This document shows, piece by piece, positions 12,584 to 26,900 of a stretch of DNA of 64,000 nucleotides (within the stretch, counting starts at the first letter, position 1; every line of letters starts with the position of its first letter). Location of the stretch: assembly GCA_004022145.1 (NCBI GenBank), contig RCNU01000014.1; one strand, given 5' to 3'. The stretch is from Paecilomyces variotii (taxonomy: Eukaryota). The translations under genes were made by a program, and so were the position numbers. Below the pieces are notes generated by a model. The model searched no databases and was not told the origin of the DNA. It saw only the letters and a program-made list of their open reading frames with translations.

Positions 12584-14791
12584 ATGCCGTCTGTTGCTCC
12601 TTTGGCCAGCACCGCCAATGGCGTGCAATCCGCCAACGACAACATCACTCGTTTCGACCCCCCCAGCCGCGTGCGGTCGCCCCTCGAACACACTCTTTTC
12701 CACAACAAGACGAGATGCTTCGTATAGTATGTTCCACGTCCCACAGACTCCGCGCAGACTCAATGGCGCAGAACTGACCCAATCCAGTGGCATGCAACCC
12801 AGAGCCGTGCAGGGCATGCTTGACTTTGACTTCATCTGCAAGCGCAGCACCCCCTCCGTGGCCGGTATCATCTACACCTTTGGTGGTCAGTTCGTGAGCA
12901 AGATGTAAGAGCTACCAATGCGCGTGATTTTGCGACTTGATGGGAACTAAACCGTCAATAGGTACTGGGGCACCAGCGAGACCCTCCTGCCCGTCTACCA
13001 GGACGTTGGCAAGGCCATGGCCAAGCACCCGGATGTCGACACCGTCGTCAACTTCGCCTCGTCGCGATCCGTCTACAGCTCCACCATGGAGCTGATGGAG
13101 TACCCCCAGATCAAGAGCATTGCCATCATCGCAGAGGGTGTCCCCGAGAGAGTGAGTCTGACCCGTCGACGCCGTCACTGAGCTTCAATGGCTAACAATC
13201 GCCCAGCGCGCACGTGAGATCATGGTGACGGCCAAGGAGAAGGGTATTACGATCATCGGACCTGCGACGGTCGGTGGTATCAAGCCCGGTGCCTTCAAGA
13301 TCGGCAACACTGGTGGTATGATGGACAACATCGTCGCCTCTAAGCTGTACCGCAAAGGTTCCGTCGGATACGTCTCTAAGTCCGGTGGTATGTCGAACGA
13401 GCTGAACAACATCATCTCACAGAACACGGATGGTGTCTATGAGGGTATTGCGATTGGTGGTGACCGTTACCCCGGTACTACTTTCATTGACCACCTGCTG
13501 CGCTACCAGGCAGACCCGGAGTGTAAGATCCTGGTGCTCCTCGGTGAAGTGGGTGGTGTTGAAGAATACCGTGTGATTGAGGCTGTCAAGAACGGCACCA
13601 TCACCAAACCAGTCGTCGCCTGGGCCATTGGTACTTGTGCCAGTATGTTCAAGACGGAGGTTCAGTTCGGTCACGCTGGTGCTTCTGCCAACTCTGACCT
13701 CGAGACGGCTGTGAGCAAGAACAAGCACATGCGGGAGGCTGGCATCCACGTCCCGGACACTTTCGAGGACCTGCCTCAGCTCCTCGCTGAGGTGTACCAG
13801 AACCTCGTTAAGAACGGTACTATCGTGCCTCGCCCTGAGCCTCAGGTGCCTAAGATCCCCATGGACTACTCGTGGGCCCAGGAGCTGGGTCTCATCCGTA
13901 AGCCTGCTGCTTTCATCTCCACCATCTCCGATGACCGTGGCCAGGAGCTGCTGTACGCTGGTATGCCCATCTCCGATGTCTTCAAGGAGGACATTGGAAT
14001 TGGTGGTGTCATGTCTCTGCTGTGGTTCCGCCGTCGTCTGCCAGCCTACGCCAGCAAGTTCCTGGAGATGGTTCTCATGCTCACTGCCGACCACGGTCCT
14101 GCCGTGTCTGGCGCTATGAACACCATCATCACCACTCGAGCTGGAAAGGATCTCATCAGCGCTCTCGTCTCGGGTCTGCTCACCATCGGCTCCCGATTCG
14201 GTGGTGCCCTGGACGGTGCCGCTGAAGAGTTCACCAAGGCTTTCGACAAGGGCCTCAGCCCCCGTGACTTTGTCGACACCATGCGCAAGGAGAACAAGCT
14301 GAGTAAGTTGACTCTGTGACAAACTGCGTATCTCCACAGCGGCTAACTCTGATCTAGTCCCCGGTATCGGCCACAAGGTCAAGTCCCGTAACAACCCTGA
14401 CCTGCGTGTCGAGCTGGTCAAGGAGTTCGTCCTGAAGCACTTCCCCAGCCACAAGCTGCTCGACTATGCCATTGCTGTCGAGACGGTCACTACTTCGAAG
14501 AAGGACAACCTGATCCTCAACGTCGACGGTTGTGTGGCTGTCTGCTTCGTCGACCTGATGCGCAACTGCGGTGCTTTCTCCGCTGAGGAGGCTGAGGACT
14601 ATCTCCGCATGGGTGTCCTGAACGGTCTGTTCGTCCTTGGACGCAGCATCGGTCTCATTGCCCACTACCTCGACCAGAAGAGACTCCGCACTGGTCTGTA
14701 CAGACACCCGTGGGACGACATCACCTACCTGCTGCCCACCATCCAGAAGGGTGCCCCTGGTGCGGAGGGCCGTGTCGAAGTTAGCGTCTAA
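12584..14791 (+). CDS. ACL1: ATP-citrate lyase subunit 1 (CoA-binding plus citrate-synthase-like domains); multi-exon
   Basis: MPSVAPLAS..., [24 protein letters not shown], phospho-His motif [34 protein letters not shown]; four short GT-AG introns; stop TAA 14789-14791. Confidence 0.97.
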
Positions 14792-15726
14792 TCGCACCTG
14801 CAGTCGGCTCAGGAAGTTGATTGTGGGGTTAACGATGTCCTCGGAGGTCCATCAGCCGGTAGAGCATATTTCGTCTCCTCGGTAACGTCGGAGTTACTAT
14901 GGTCGGAACGTTTCTTTTTCTTTCTTCTGCTGTTATATTCCCTATTAAAATCTGTAGTCCAGATATGTCATGGCTGGGCTGATGGAACTGACGAATCTAC
15001 GCATGTGCCGAGGGTGTGGATGAAACATAATAATCTGGTATTGGGACAGGATGGTTAGGTAGCCGCCTAGAAGTAGAACAATTTCTTTCATTTGAACAAT
15101 GAGTACCTCTATTATTATTAAAGCTGAGGTAGACCTATCGATGTAATCGCCCCCGATGACAACAGAACTACCACGATAGCTCAACTACAGGCCCAACACA
15201 GTATATTTCTACATGATTGGAGAAACGAACACGTCAGTACTAAACTGAAGCACTCTGACAATTAATATGAATAGAATAGGATAGAATAAGTACTTAAGCC
15301 GTAAAGCGATGCTGACCTCAACTTGGAAGCGATATGATTGGTCGAGAGACTAACTACGGGCAACATTGTGAACATTGCGCAAAAAAGGAAAAGGGCTTGG
15401 CCTATCAAACGCCCTTCAACCTCAACCGAAGCCGTGTTATTGTATGTCTTGATTACCTTTTTCGATTTTATTCCTGATCTCACGGGAGATTTCTGCAGAA
15501 TATCCTAACTTCCAGAGTGTCTATTAGACAACTAGCGATTGATCCGGGAGGAAAAGAGAAAGGGATCAATTTTTCCCTTCCTACAAGAACGGATACCTAC
15601 TCTTTCTGCATCTTTACAGAAAGAAGTTAAACGTCGAGATCAAAATCCCTCTTTTTCTCTTCTCTAATATTCATATCCCCTATCTCAGTCAGTTCTTGAA
15701 AGTCCGAAGAAGAAGAAGAAGAAAAC

Positions 15727-16820
15727 ATGGTCCGCATCAAACATCGCTACCTCCTCATCGACATCCTCTACCCAACTCCTAGCTCTGATATCCCATCAGC
15801 AGCAAATGCCAAGGCCAGCAAAGGAGGTAATCCAGACATCCAAGCGCATTTGCGAATCCATGCTCCCACGCCAGATACGTTGAGTCCGGGCCTTTTGGCC
15901 AAGATGGTTCGCGAGGAGGTCTCGGAGATGTTTGGTGATTGGGGGGTCGGTAGGTTAGGTGGTGCGGGGGCGGGGGGTGTTAGTGGTATGTATTTTTTTC
16001 AATTTATATTTCGATTTATTTTTTGTGGCTTTTGATGGCATTTTTTGCTTTGGGGTTCTCTGGTGTTGGGTTTGGTGTTTGGTGGTGTGCTGTTTTGCGG
16101 GTATTGCGTTGACTGGTGGGTTAATTGTTAAGAATCATGATATGAAGAGAGGGATGGATATGATACCCTTTTTTTTTTCTGCATTTGATGGTTTTTTTTT
16201 TTATTTTTATTTTAGATATGGTTTCACTTTTATTATTTTTCATTTTTCATATTGCAATTGACGCAGATGTCATCGTTACAGTCTACTCTGTGTGCATTTT
16301 TCCTTTCCCTTTCCAATGCAAAAGTTGATTGATCGTCTACATCCCCTTTCATTACATACATTTTCTTTCTTTCTTTCTTTTTTGTTTTTTTATATCCTCT
16401 CAAACCAAACCCAACCCCCCAAAACTAACCACCCTGCACAACCAACTAGTAAAATACCTCTCCCCCGCCACATCAACCGCCATAATCCGCTGTCCACGCG
16501 CCTCCTTCCGTCTCGTCTGGGCCGCGCTAACTTACCTCTCCTCTATCCCGGCGTCGAATCGTCGTTCGGGACCCGGCTCCGGTGCGCGGTCGTGCGTGTT
16601 TCGCGTCGTGAGAGTTTCGGGGACGATGCGGAAGGCGGAAGAAGAGGCGATTAGGCGCGCGAGGAGGGAGGTTGTGAGGATGAGGAAGGGGGAGGAGGAT
16701 AGTGTTTTTGATTTTGGGAGGGGGGATGTGGATGGGGGGAATGTGGTGGGGAGTGAGGATGAAGAAGATGAAGAGGAGGAGGAGGATTTGGGTATGGGTA
16801 TGGAGGATGAGAGTGATTGA
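15727..16820 (+). CDS. POP5: RNase P/MRP subunit Pop5 (Rpp14/Pop5 family); 2 exons, long intron ~15987-16449
   Basis: N-terminal MVRIKHRYLL; exon 2 VKYLSPATSTAIIRCPR and VVRVSGTMRKAEE; acidic tail. Confidence 0.9.
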
Positions 16821-16979
16821 TTATTGATTATGAGGAGGGGGTTGTGGGGTGTTCTTTTTTTTTGGTCTCTGTGTTTGTTGTTGGTGTTGGGAGTTTGTGA
16901 TTGTTCCTATGTATACATTGGAGATACCCGAAGATTTACTACTGTACATATATTCAAAAATGATGTTGAAATTTCCGTT

Positions 16980-18163
16980 TCATTGATTTTTCCGTATAAC
17001 TTTTATCCCACTATCTGGCAGTGGTCCGGTGAATTCATCAAGGTCGTCAAGGTCGTCGTCCCCAGCGGCGCCTCTAACTGCTGCTCCGCGGGCTTTTGCT
17101 TCCTCTTCCAGCTCTTTTCGTTCCTTCTCGTCCCACTCGTCCTTCGCATCGAGCCATCTCTCCTGCACGTCTCTGATGTCCATCGTGCCCAGACCCTCCC
17201 GGACGGCGACTTGCCACACGGTATCGTTTGCGCCTTCAGCGGACCCGAAGACATATCCGCTCGCGCGATCAATCACATGTAGCAGACTCATCATGCTCTT
17301 CTTGTCCTCCACCGCCAGTGTTTCGAACGCAACAAGCCCGAACTCCTGTACGAGATCGATGATGGCATTATTCAACGCCCCGAATTTGTCATGGGATAAC
17401 CGCGATGTCTCCTCTTCCAAGTGAGGAATCAGATACGTCAGATCTTGGACTTCTGTATAGAAATCGAGGTTGAAAGGTAGAGGTGCGTAGTTGGAGAGGT
17501 TATCGATCTTGGTGAGGACGTTGAGATGCGGTAGGTCCATCTGCAGCATGGCTCGGAGAGATAGAATGAGGGCGGATATATACATCGACGGAAGCGTAAG
17601 GTTATATGAATCTATTAAGTGTATTACAACTAGCTATATCATCAAAAGTCAGTAAATATTCTTTCAACTCGGACTGTTTGGGGAAGGGTGGCGCATGCTA
17701 ACTCTGTATCCCATTTTCTGGATCTGGAAGATGATATTTCGTAGCGATGAGTGATGTGTAAAGAGCTCCACCTGGCCGGGACAGTCGAAAAGGACGTAAT
17801 CATCTATACAGTGCCGTTCCCATTAGCATCCATCGAGTAAATCCTATAACCTTTTTTTCTGGTATATAACTTACCTCCGAGCTCTTTTAACCCCTCCTTC
17901 AACCAGTCGACGTTCTCTTCGAGCTCCTCCAGCGCATAGAGGATCCCGCCGTTAGGACCAAGCGTATCTTCCGCCATGATCTCTTCCAGCGTCACAAGGT
18001 CCCGAACATCCAGCGCGCATGGATATGAAGTCTGGTCGTTGGCGGGGTCTAAATTTACAACGGAGCATTTCCGCCCGATTGCGGACATAAACTGGTGCAT
18101 TCCATTGCAATATGTAGACTTCCCCGCACCCGGGGGCCCGATGACGATCTGTGCAAAAGGCAT
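16980..18163 (-). CDS. GPN2: GPN-loop GTPase 2; multi-exon
   Basis: MPFAQIVIGPPGAGKSTYC (P-loop), VNLDPAN, LGPNGG (GPN loop), FDCPGQVELF, HLNVLTKID. Confidence 0.93.
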
Positions 18164-18439
18164 CGTAGGGTGTATACCACCGGCCGGCGGTGTAAATTGG
18201 ATAAGTGGCTAGGGATGAGTTGAAACTCCGGACTTAGTAGAGATACGCTTCTGGAACGATGGAGGGGAGGAGGCGATGATGCAAAGCGGTGTGGACCGGC
18301 AGAAAATGGTCGCGCAGGGCAAGGCTGCGCCGAAGCTTCGCTGGGCGGTCGAACCAACAACAGTTGAGCAATAAGAAGGCCCAGACCAAGCTACAGCAGG
18401 TTGTTTTCTTTGCTGTTTGGCTGCTGGTGCATCGTGAAT

Positions 18440-19615
18440 ATGGCATCTAGTCAGTCGTCTCCGAAGAAGGTTAAGGAGAATTTCCCTGCTAACGTCAAGA
18501 TAGATCAGTTTGTCGTGACCTCCCCGCCTACAGATGCGATATCCGCGCTGCAGTTCTCCCCCGAACCGGAGTCTACCAGAATCGCGGTGTCCTCGTGGGA
18601 TAAGAATGTGTATCTGTACGAATTGCGCGACGAGAATGGGAATGTAGGAGAGGGGAAGCTTTTGCAGAAATTCGAGCATCGGGCGCCGGTCCTTGACGTG
18701 TGTTTCGGCGCGGACGAGAACGAGATCTATACTGCGGGGTTGGATTGGGATGTGAGGAGGTGAGTTGCTTGATAAATATGGGTAGCTGAATTATCTCTGG
18801 ATGGTGCTGATGGCGACAGGATCAATGTCTCCACGTCAGAACAGACGGTCCTCAGCAGCCACGAAGCGGGCGTCAAGTCCGTCGTCTACAGCAAAGAGCA
18901 CCACCTGCTAATATCAGCCTCCTGGGACTCGACGCTGCATGTCCACCGCACAAATGCCGATTCAGAACCAGCTACCATTCCTCTCCCCTCGAAGCCCTTC
19001 TCCCTCTCCCTCACACCTACGAAGCTTGTTGTCGCCATGGCCTCGCGAGCTCTGCACATCTACGATCTCAAATCGCTTGCTCTTCTTTCCGACGAGTCTG
19101 ACCAGCAGCCTCCAAACAATGTGGAAATTGAACCGTGGCAGAGGAGAGAGAGCAGTCTTAAGTTTATGACACGTGCTGTGGCCTGCATGCCCAACGACGC
19201 GGGTTATGCTTCCTCCAGCATCGAGGGCCGAGTAGCTGTCGAGTGGTTCGACCCTTCGCCAGAATCGCAGGCGCGGAAATATGCATTCAAGTGCCATCGA
19301 CAGGCGCAGGACGATGTTGATGTGGTATATCCAGTGAACGCGCTTGCCTTCCACCCCATCCACGGTACTTTCGCATCCGGCGGAGGAGACGGCGTTGTTG
19401 CATTGTGGGACGGTATCGCCAAGAGGAGAATTAGACAGTATCAGAAATACCCAGCCAGCATTGCTGCTTTGTCGTTCAGTTCGAACGGCAAGTACTTGGC
19501 TATTGCTGTCAGTCCCGGCTTTGAGGATGGAAAGGAGGACATGTCTGAAGGCGTTGTCAAGATCTTTGTCCGCGAACTCGGAGAGACGGAGGCCAAGGGC
19601 AAGGGCGCAAAATGA
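18440..19615 (+). CDS. BUB3: Spindle checkpoint WD40 protein Bub3 (SldB); 3 exons
   Basis: PTDAISALQFS, SSWD, HRAPVLDVCF, RESSLKFMTR, SSIEGRVAVE, YAFKCHR, VYPVNALAFHP, SGGGDG. The C-terminal half resembles Bub3 more than Rae1. Confidence 0.88.
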
Positions 19616-19827
19616 AAAAAATGGCAGCTTTATATAATAACTACTGTTCTATTCCTCGATCCATGTTGATTTAGTTGGCGAATTGGTGATAGGTCCTGCG
19701 TCTGTGATGAATGCCAGATGCAAAAAGAGCTTTATCATGTATGATAAGAAAGAAAGCAAAAAAACCATTCTCACTGGTCTAATAGGTATAACTCCATTTA
19801 CTCGTGACACATGTTAGGCTCTCCATC

Positions 19828-20727
19828 TTAAGCGGCTGCTTTCCGCACCGTCACCGTCCCGTCTGGCATACCGAAGTAGGCCGCCACGGGCTTCTGGCCG
19901 CCAACACCACCCAAGGCCTGCGCTTGCGGACCAGTCATACCGCTGAAGAGGCCTACTTCCAGAACACCGGGAATCTCCTTGATCGTCTTCGCTAGTCTGT
20001 GGACTTCCCAGACGCCATTGACGCCGTTGCCGTTCTTACCAGCGGCGACGTCGGATGCTGTGAGCAGAGGCGGGAATGGCGCATCAATGATGAAAAAGTC
20101 CTGGTCCGTCTTCAGAGGGCCTTCCTTGGGGATACCGCGCAGGCGGATGACAGGCTTGATACTTCCAATCTTCTTCAGCTCCCTGAGCACTCTGTAGGCG
20201 GCAATCGGAGCGACCTCGATGGGGATGAACTTCCAATTGCTGAGAAGGCGGCTTTGCAGCTTTCGCGAGTCTATTCACCGAGTCAACATTGGTTTTCCTA
20301 TTTGTAATTCACGGGTCTTGTCTAGATGATGCGCACCGGCGACGCAAATGAACTCCTTGGCCTGCAATGCCACGATCTTCTCCTGGAACAGACAAGCACC
20401 ACCACCCTTGATGCAGTTTAGCTCCTCGTCCACCTCATCCGCGCCATCGAAGGCTACGTCCAGGACCGTTCCTTCTGGGAGACTGTCGAAGGTGATGGGG
20501 GTCAATCCAGCAGAGATAATGAGCTGCTTGGACTGGTAACCTGTGGGAACAAAGAACGTATTCGAGGTATCGAAGCCCAGTTCCTTGATGGCCTCGACGA
20601 CATAAACGATCGTGGTACCACTGCCAATACCAACGTATTTCGCAACCTTGGGGTAGTGGTTCTGAACCGCAGTCCTAGCGGCGGCGCGCTTCGAAGCCTC
20701 GATGGCGTCAATAACGGTTGCAGACAT
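19828..20727 (-). CDS. RKI1: Ribose-5-phosphate isomerase A; 2 exons
   Basis: GIGSGTT and [30 protein letters not shown] signature; [19 protein letters not shown]. Confidence 0.96.
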
Positions 20728-21488
20728 GGTGGACTGATCTCTGACCAGATCACTGCGACGATAGTGACTGGGAGTAGAAAGGCAGATCGCCGGTCGAGGA
20801 CGCGATATCGTAGCGGAAAACCGGAGAAACGCACGTCGACTGGCCCTGCAGAGATAAATGCAACGGGGAGAGATTAATAACTATCACTCCCAAACGCCTC
20901 TAGCTCGTTCCTTCGGTTAAAATCAGGCAGAGGGCAGCGCTCTGTGGGGAATTGACGGGAACCAGGGGATTGAGCATCAACTCACGAGGCGAGAAAGTTA
21001 GACGCTATATATGCCATGACGGGGCTTACGATCTATAAGTGTACTGTACAACCCCGCACAGGCGGTTCAGTCTTCCCAGACAAGGGTAGAGAGCAATTGG
21101 AAAGTTGCGCAGTCCTACACTGGTGCTCTCTCTTCCGTCGCGATAAATTTTGTTGGGTTCCTAATTACTTGACTTCTGGTGTCTTCAACTTCCTTTTGTC
21201 CTTTTCCTTTTTTTTTTTACTTGCGGGAGACTCCGTGGCGTCATAGGCCAACCCCTCCTGGTTCATCGGGCCGACTGCTGCTCCGACCACGCGTTGAAGC
21301 TCCTCTGAAGCATCAACTAAGACTAAGACTAAGCACCTCACCATCATTTCTCTATTGGCGGGACATCGTCCTTCGCAGGGGACGTGATTCGAGAGGGATA
21401 ACGTCGACCAGTCTGGTCTTGGCCGGTAGTTATCCTCTTTGGATCTCTTGACTTTGTCTTCCAGTGCTATCTATCAACAAGCCCCTCT

Positions 21489-23214
21489 ATGACGGACGCC
21501 TTCCCGGGCGCCCTCGTGGGGCCCTCTTCGAAGGAGAGGAAGTATGACAGACAGCTCCGTCTATGGGCTGCCAGTGGCCAGCAGGCGTTGGAAGAGTCTC
21601 GTGTGCTGCTGGTCAACTCGGATGGTCCCATTGATGGCATGGACACTCCTGTTTCTGGAGTAGTCGGCGTGGAAACACTCAAGAACCTCGTGCTGCCTGG
21701 CATCGGAGGTTTCACGGTCGTCGATCCTGCAACCGTAACGGAGACAGATCTAGGAGTGAACTTCTTCCTGGAGGAGGGCAGCTTGGACAAGTCCAGAGCG
21801 GAAGAGACGTGCCGGCTGTTGAAGGAGCTGAATCCTGACGTGGATGGAAGTTTCTACCAAGAGGTAAGTGAAAAGGTCATCTATATGTTATTATCTATGA
21901 CAGGCTGACAGCCGGAAGCACATAGCAGAACTTCTTCAGCGTCCCGGCTTCCTGCAGGAATACAAGCTAGTCATCATATCGGGTCCCATCAAGCGTTCTT
22001 CCTTAGATGCTGTGTGCAATGAAGCTCGCTCCCTTGGCATTCCCGTCATCTACACACGCTCTGTTGGCTTCTATTCCACTTTCTCCGTTCAACTCCCTGC
22101 CGAATTTCCAATTGTTGAGACACACCCTGATCCCGAGTCAACGCAGGACCTTCGCCTGGTGAATCCATGGCCGGAGCTCGCCGCTGCTGGTGCTCGGGTG
22201 ACCGACCTTGACAAGATGGATGACCACCAGCATGGTCACGTCCCTTACATTCTATTGTTGTTACATTACCTCGCGAAGTGGAAGGAGAGCCATGATGGCA
22301 AGGCCCCAGCGAATTACAAGGAGAAGACAGAGTTCAGGGAGATGGTTCGATCCGGTACCCGCACCAATAACCCAGAGGGCGGAGAGGAGAACTTTGATGA
22401 GGCGGTTGGTGCTGTGCTAAAGAGTATAAGTCCTTACGAACTGCGGAGCTCCATACGCGAGATCTTCGAGATGGACCAATGTGCAAAGCTCACGAAGGAC
22501 TCGGATAACTTCTGGATCATTGCATCTGCGATCAGCGCGTTCTACAAGAAACACGGAGTCCTCCCCCTGCCCGGTTCCCTCCCAGACATGAAAGCTCAAT
22601 CTGCGGACTATATCGCCCTTCAGAATATCTACAAGACTAAGGCCCGCAAAGACGTTGAGGAAGTCCTGGCGACTGTCCGTGCTACCGAGGCTAAGCTGGG
22701 CGAGCGAACGACCCCGGTCACGGAGAAAGAAGTAGAGATCTTTTGCAAGAATGCAGCACATATCAAGGTCATCCATGGCCGCAATATCCCACGGATTGGC
22801 AAGGAAGCCACCGAAACTATCAAGACGATCAAGAATAACCTAGCATTCCCTGAGACATTGGTGCCCATCTTCGTTGCCTTCCAGGCTCTGGATGAGATCG
22901 TTGACGAGATCCAAGACAACGGTAAAGCCACTGTCTCTCTGGATGATGATGCTGCGTGGGACGCTAAAATCGATCGCCTTCTGGGGATCATTGGCGTTGA
23001 TGAATCGGAAACCGAAGACTTGCGTGAGCGTGTTGCGAAGGCTTCAGTAGAGCTCCGCCGCGCAGATGGGGGTGAATTGCATAACATCTCCGCTCTGACC
23101 GGTGGTCTTGTCGCCCAGGAGTCGCTCAAGGTTATCACCAGGCAGTATGTACCGCTGGATAACACCTGTATCTTTGACGGCGTGACAAGTCGCAGTGAGA
23201 TGTTGCGGTTGTAA
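21489..23214 (+). CDS. ULA1: NEDD8-activating enzyme E1 regulatory subunit (NAE1/APP-BP1/UlaA); 2 exons
   Basis: [79 protein letters not shown]. Confidence 0.95.
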
Positions 23215-23919
23215 CCATGACACCGTATTTACTTAGCATAGCTTATTGTAAGCTGTTACGACATGTAATCTGGCTACATCGTCCTCTAAATGGAGATGTC
23301 GCTTCTTAACGAATGGATGAATGAAATGAGATCTGAAGATGGACACTCCACATTCTAGCCACTCTCGATCAATGTGCTATCTGCTGCCTCGATAGTATAG
23401 CCTTCTTCCTCGCAGTACCGTAAAACACGATAACATGGCCCTCTCCGACCGGTAACACTTCCATAAAATTCAACTTTCGGATCTTCTCAGGCCATCTAGA
23501 TGCTCATGAAACTCTTACTTGTTCCAGTGTTAGATACCTCATACTCCTGTACGATAGAGGGGGCTGAGTCAGCCGTATCAGGAAGCCCCGGGATTGATAG
23601 GAGAGAGGCTTGGCAGTCGTGACGGGGGCTTGATGGATTCACGCCTGTCTGAGCGTTGATCACCTTGTCTACTTCAACTATCGACAACCTCCGCGCCGGA
23701 TCCGATTCCGTTGCTGCCTCTGGTTTCTGGCATATCGTGGCATGTACGGAATGCCACCTCTCAACGGCGTCCCGTCGTGACTGCTTCCCTACATCTCTCC
23801 AGCCCGCTGTTCATGGACGGAGCTCTCGAAGCTATATCGGCCAATCCTTGGGGCGAATATCTCTATCCCCTGTCAGTACCACCTCTCGCTCTAGCTACTG
23901 GGAAGGATAGAGACGCATT

Positions 23920-26900
23920 ATGACCGCCGTCATGCCGGACATGCAAACGGCCGGGATAATGTCCAGTACCCCCGCTGTCGCGACTTCATCCGTCATCGCT
24001 CAGCTCAACGCCTCAGCAAATGCAACAGTTCCTTCCTCCTTCCTGTCGATTTCTCCTCGGGACTTACTGAAGCTCCCACTCCGTGCTATCTATCAGGCGG
24101 AGGTATTCACATTTGTGACGGTGCCAAGGGAGGTTGGCCGGTTCATCGGCCTGGATAACATGGCTGCGAACTTGTGGGATAGCCCAGTGCCGATGGGCGG
24201 GGAGAGGAATGCCATTCCACCGGCGGCTGCAGCAACTGCAGCGGCCGCGGTAGGAGACGCAGCTGAGGCGGGTGCCCGTGATGCTGGGCTGAACCTGACG
24301 GAACTGTTTCATGCGATGAGAAGGTTCAGTGGGTTCTTTAGTTATATGACAAGTCGATGGTCTTTGGCTTGCTTCACTGTGGTGTGTAAACCCGTCTGAA
24401 TTACCGCCAGTATTTGAGAATGGGCGGACACCCTGGGTTGTTCAGATTGCTTACGATGTTAGGCTTTGGTTCTCAACCGAGTTACGATATATGCATCGAC
24501 TAGGAGGCACCTCTCCTTGAGATGGGATAAGCGATTAGCGTTGCGGTTAATACCTATCCTTCTCTTCATAAGTCAGATCACGGTTCTTCTTCGAGCCATT
24601 CGCTGCCAGACTTCGCCGGACTACTCTGATCTCCGATATGGCAAGCCGGGGAAACGATTGGCATTGGACTATGCCGGAAATGGTGGCTTTCTCTATAATT
24701 TGAGCACGACACTGTTGTTCTGGGAAACAGATCAGCAGTCTTGCAGTGCAGTTAACATGGGACGACCTACGAGTGACTCGGATATTCCATATGGATCATT
24801 CGCCCTTCTGTGGCCGGTATTTCTACGCTTATGCTTGAGTCATTTCGTCGAAACGCTGTCTTGCGCATTGCAGGGCAGGACGGTCGTGACTGAAGCCGGG
24901 ATGTCCATATTCGAGCACTCTCTTGCTTTTGCTGAAGCTGAAACTATGATAAGCCAGTCCATCGGGCTCGGCTTGTTTGGTCTACCGAAATCGAGTGCAA
25001 AAGATGAAACCCCTTTGACGCCTGACGGGTCTTCTTCTTCTGTGCATCTCCTGACGAGAGCCCAAGTTCTCGAGCGGATGAATGTGACGCCAGAACTACT
25101 TCTCATTGCGCTCATTTCCTGCTGCAACAGCATGACTTCTAATATTCTAGATATCTTTGGGAAACAGAGCCGTTATCGTCTCGTCAATACCACAATCTGG
25201 GGCCTCTGTTTTATGGGAGCCATGGTCTGGGGCTTCATGGATTCGACTTCGTTGGGCAGTGAAACTGGTGTTCTCAAATTCCCCACCGTCTGCATCGTTG
25301 GGTTCGTGCCTCATTTGCTGATTCTAATGGGTATTTTGATCTGTATCGGCATTTACGGACTAGCAGTGACAATCACCGCCTTCTGTCTACCCGCGGATCT
25401 TTCCCAGCCATCATCACTTCGTGAGAGATTTGCTCTCGCTCATGAGAATATGCAGGGAGGGAACCAGATTTGGAACGTTCGACTTAATAGACATGAAGAT
25501 TTCTACACAACGCTTCTCAGAGTTGGATATGCCGCTTTGACCGCTGCCAGCGAAGCAGTATTCTTAAACGAAGGAAAGAGTGTGCTCGCACGACCCATGA
25601 CATGGTTAGAAGAAGACAGGCTCGCCGAACTCGAGACCTCAAGGCGGAGACCGTCTCGTCTGGGTGTCAGAGCCGAGACTCGTGAGGTTCCTTTTGAATC
25701 TGCAGAAACCTTCGAGTTCAAACTTCCAGAAGCCCCGGCACAATGGGAAACTGGATATGGACGCGAAAAGAAAATAGAGAAGCAAGCAAACGGATCTCGG
25801 CCCGTACGCTCTCAATCGAGTCTGGGTGGAGTAGGTGCTTTTCAAGGTGTCACCAGAGGCTATCACGTACTGTCTTTCTTCAGAAGTATATTTTACCTTG
25901 TCGTGAGGTGGGTTACATATGGCTTTAGCAAGCTATTGGATCGTATAGGGATTAGTGCTCGCCCACAATGGCTCAAAAAACTGATCGGTACCCCCCGGAA
26001 AAGCACGCATCTACGACGTACAGATCAACAGGCCTCGCTTGATTTCTGGATCTTGACCGATGAGGGAGAACTGGAGTTGCCTGAGGACAACGAGTTTGAC
26101 GTGGAAAAAGAGATGAGGAAGAGGGAAATCATGAGTAGGAACCAGTGGGACGACTCAGACGAAACAAGGCTCGAAAACAAGCTCTACAACTGGTGGAAAG
26201 CTGGTGGATCATGGGGAAACCAGGACCAGAGTCCTGATTATGCGCCTACGGACGATGATCTAGATGATACAACGAGTGTGATCTCCACAACTACCACAGA
26301 CTCCGAATGGGAAGACTACGAGTCCGACGGTCGCCGTACGCCCACACAGAGGAACCCTTTCCCTAATACCTTCTCTCGCGAAGGAACCCCGGTAAAGGAG
26401 ACTCTCCTGGACACCGCATCTCTTGCCCGGTTGCTTGACCCTAGAGATAGGGAAAGCAAAGAAGAGGCTCGAATCCTAGCAGCTCATCTAGCCGGAGGAG
26501 AACAAGGTGGCATAATGACCCGTAGTCGCTTCCAACGACAGCTGGAGCGAGAACGAACCCGTGTCCTTCTGTCGTCGCGATATCGCAGCGAACTAAGTGG
26601 CCAATCAGGCGGCGAGGGGAAGAAGCGACCAACTCCTGAAGAGGAGGTCGAGATCCTCGAGAACCTCATCCTATCCCGGCGGCAAAATACTTCCAATGCA
26701 GGTTCTGAGCAAGCTTCCTGGGAAAACGGCGCTTCCGGTCTTGGCCCTGATGGGCCACAATGTGTCATCTGTCAGACGAACCCAAGATCCATCATTACGT
26801 GGCCATGTCGATGCCTATGTGTCTGCGAGGAGTGTCGAGTCAGTCTTGCCATGAACAACTTTGGTAGCTGCGTCACATGTCGTCAGGAAGTCACTGGTTT

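Noticed and set aside
9811..14797. Long antisense ORFs over ACL2 and ACL1 (e.g. 9811-10818 +, 13417-14454 -)
   Set aside because: Shadow ORFs caused by strong codon bias in highly expressed genes; no recognisable motifs.
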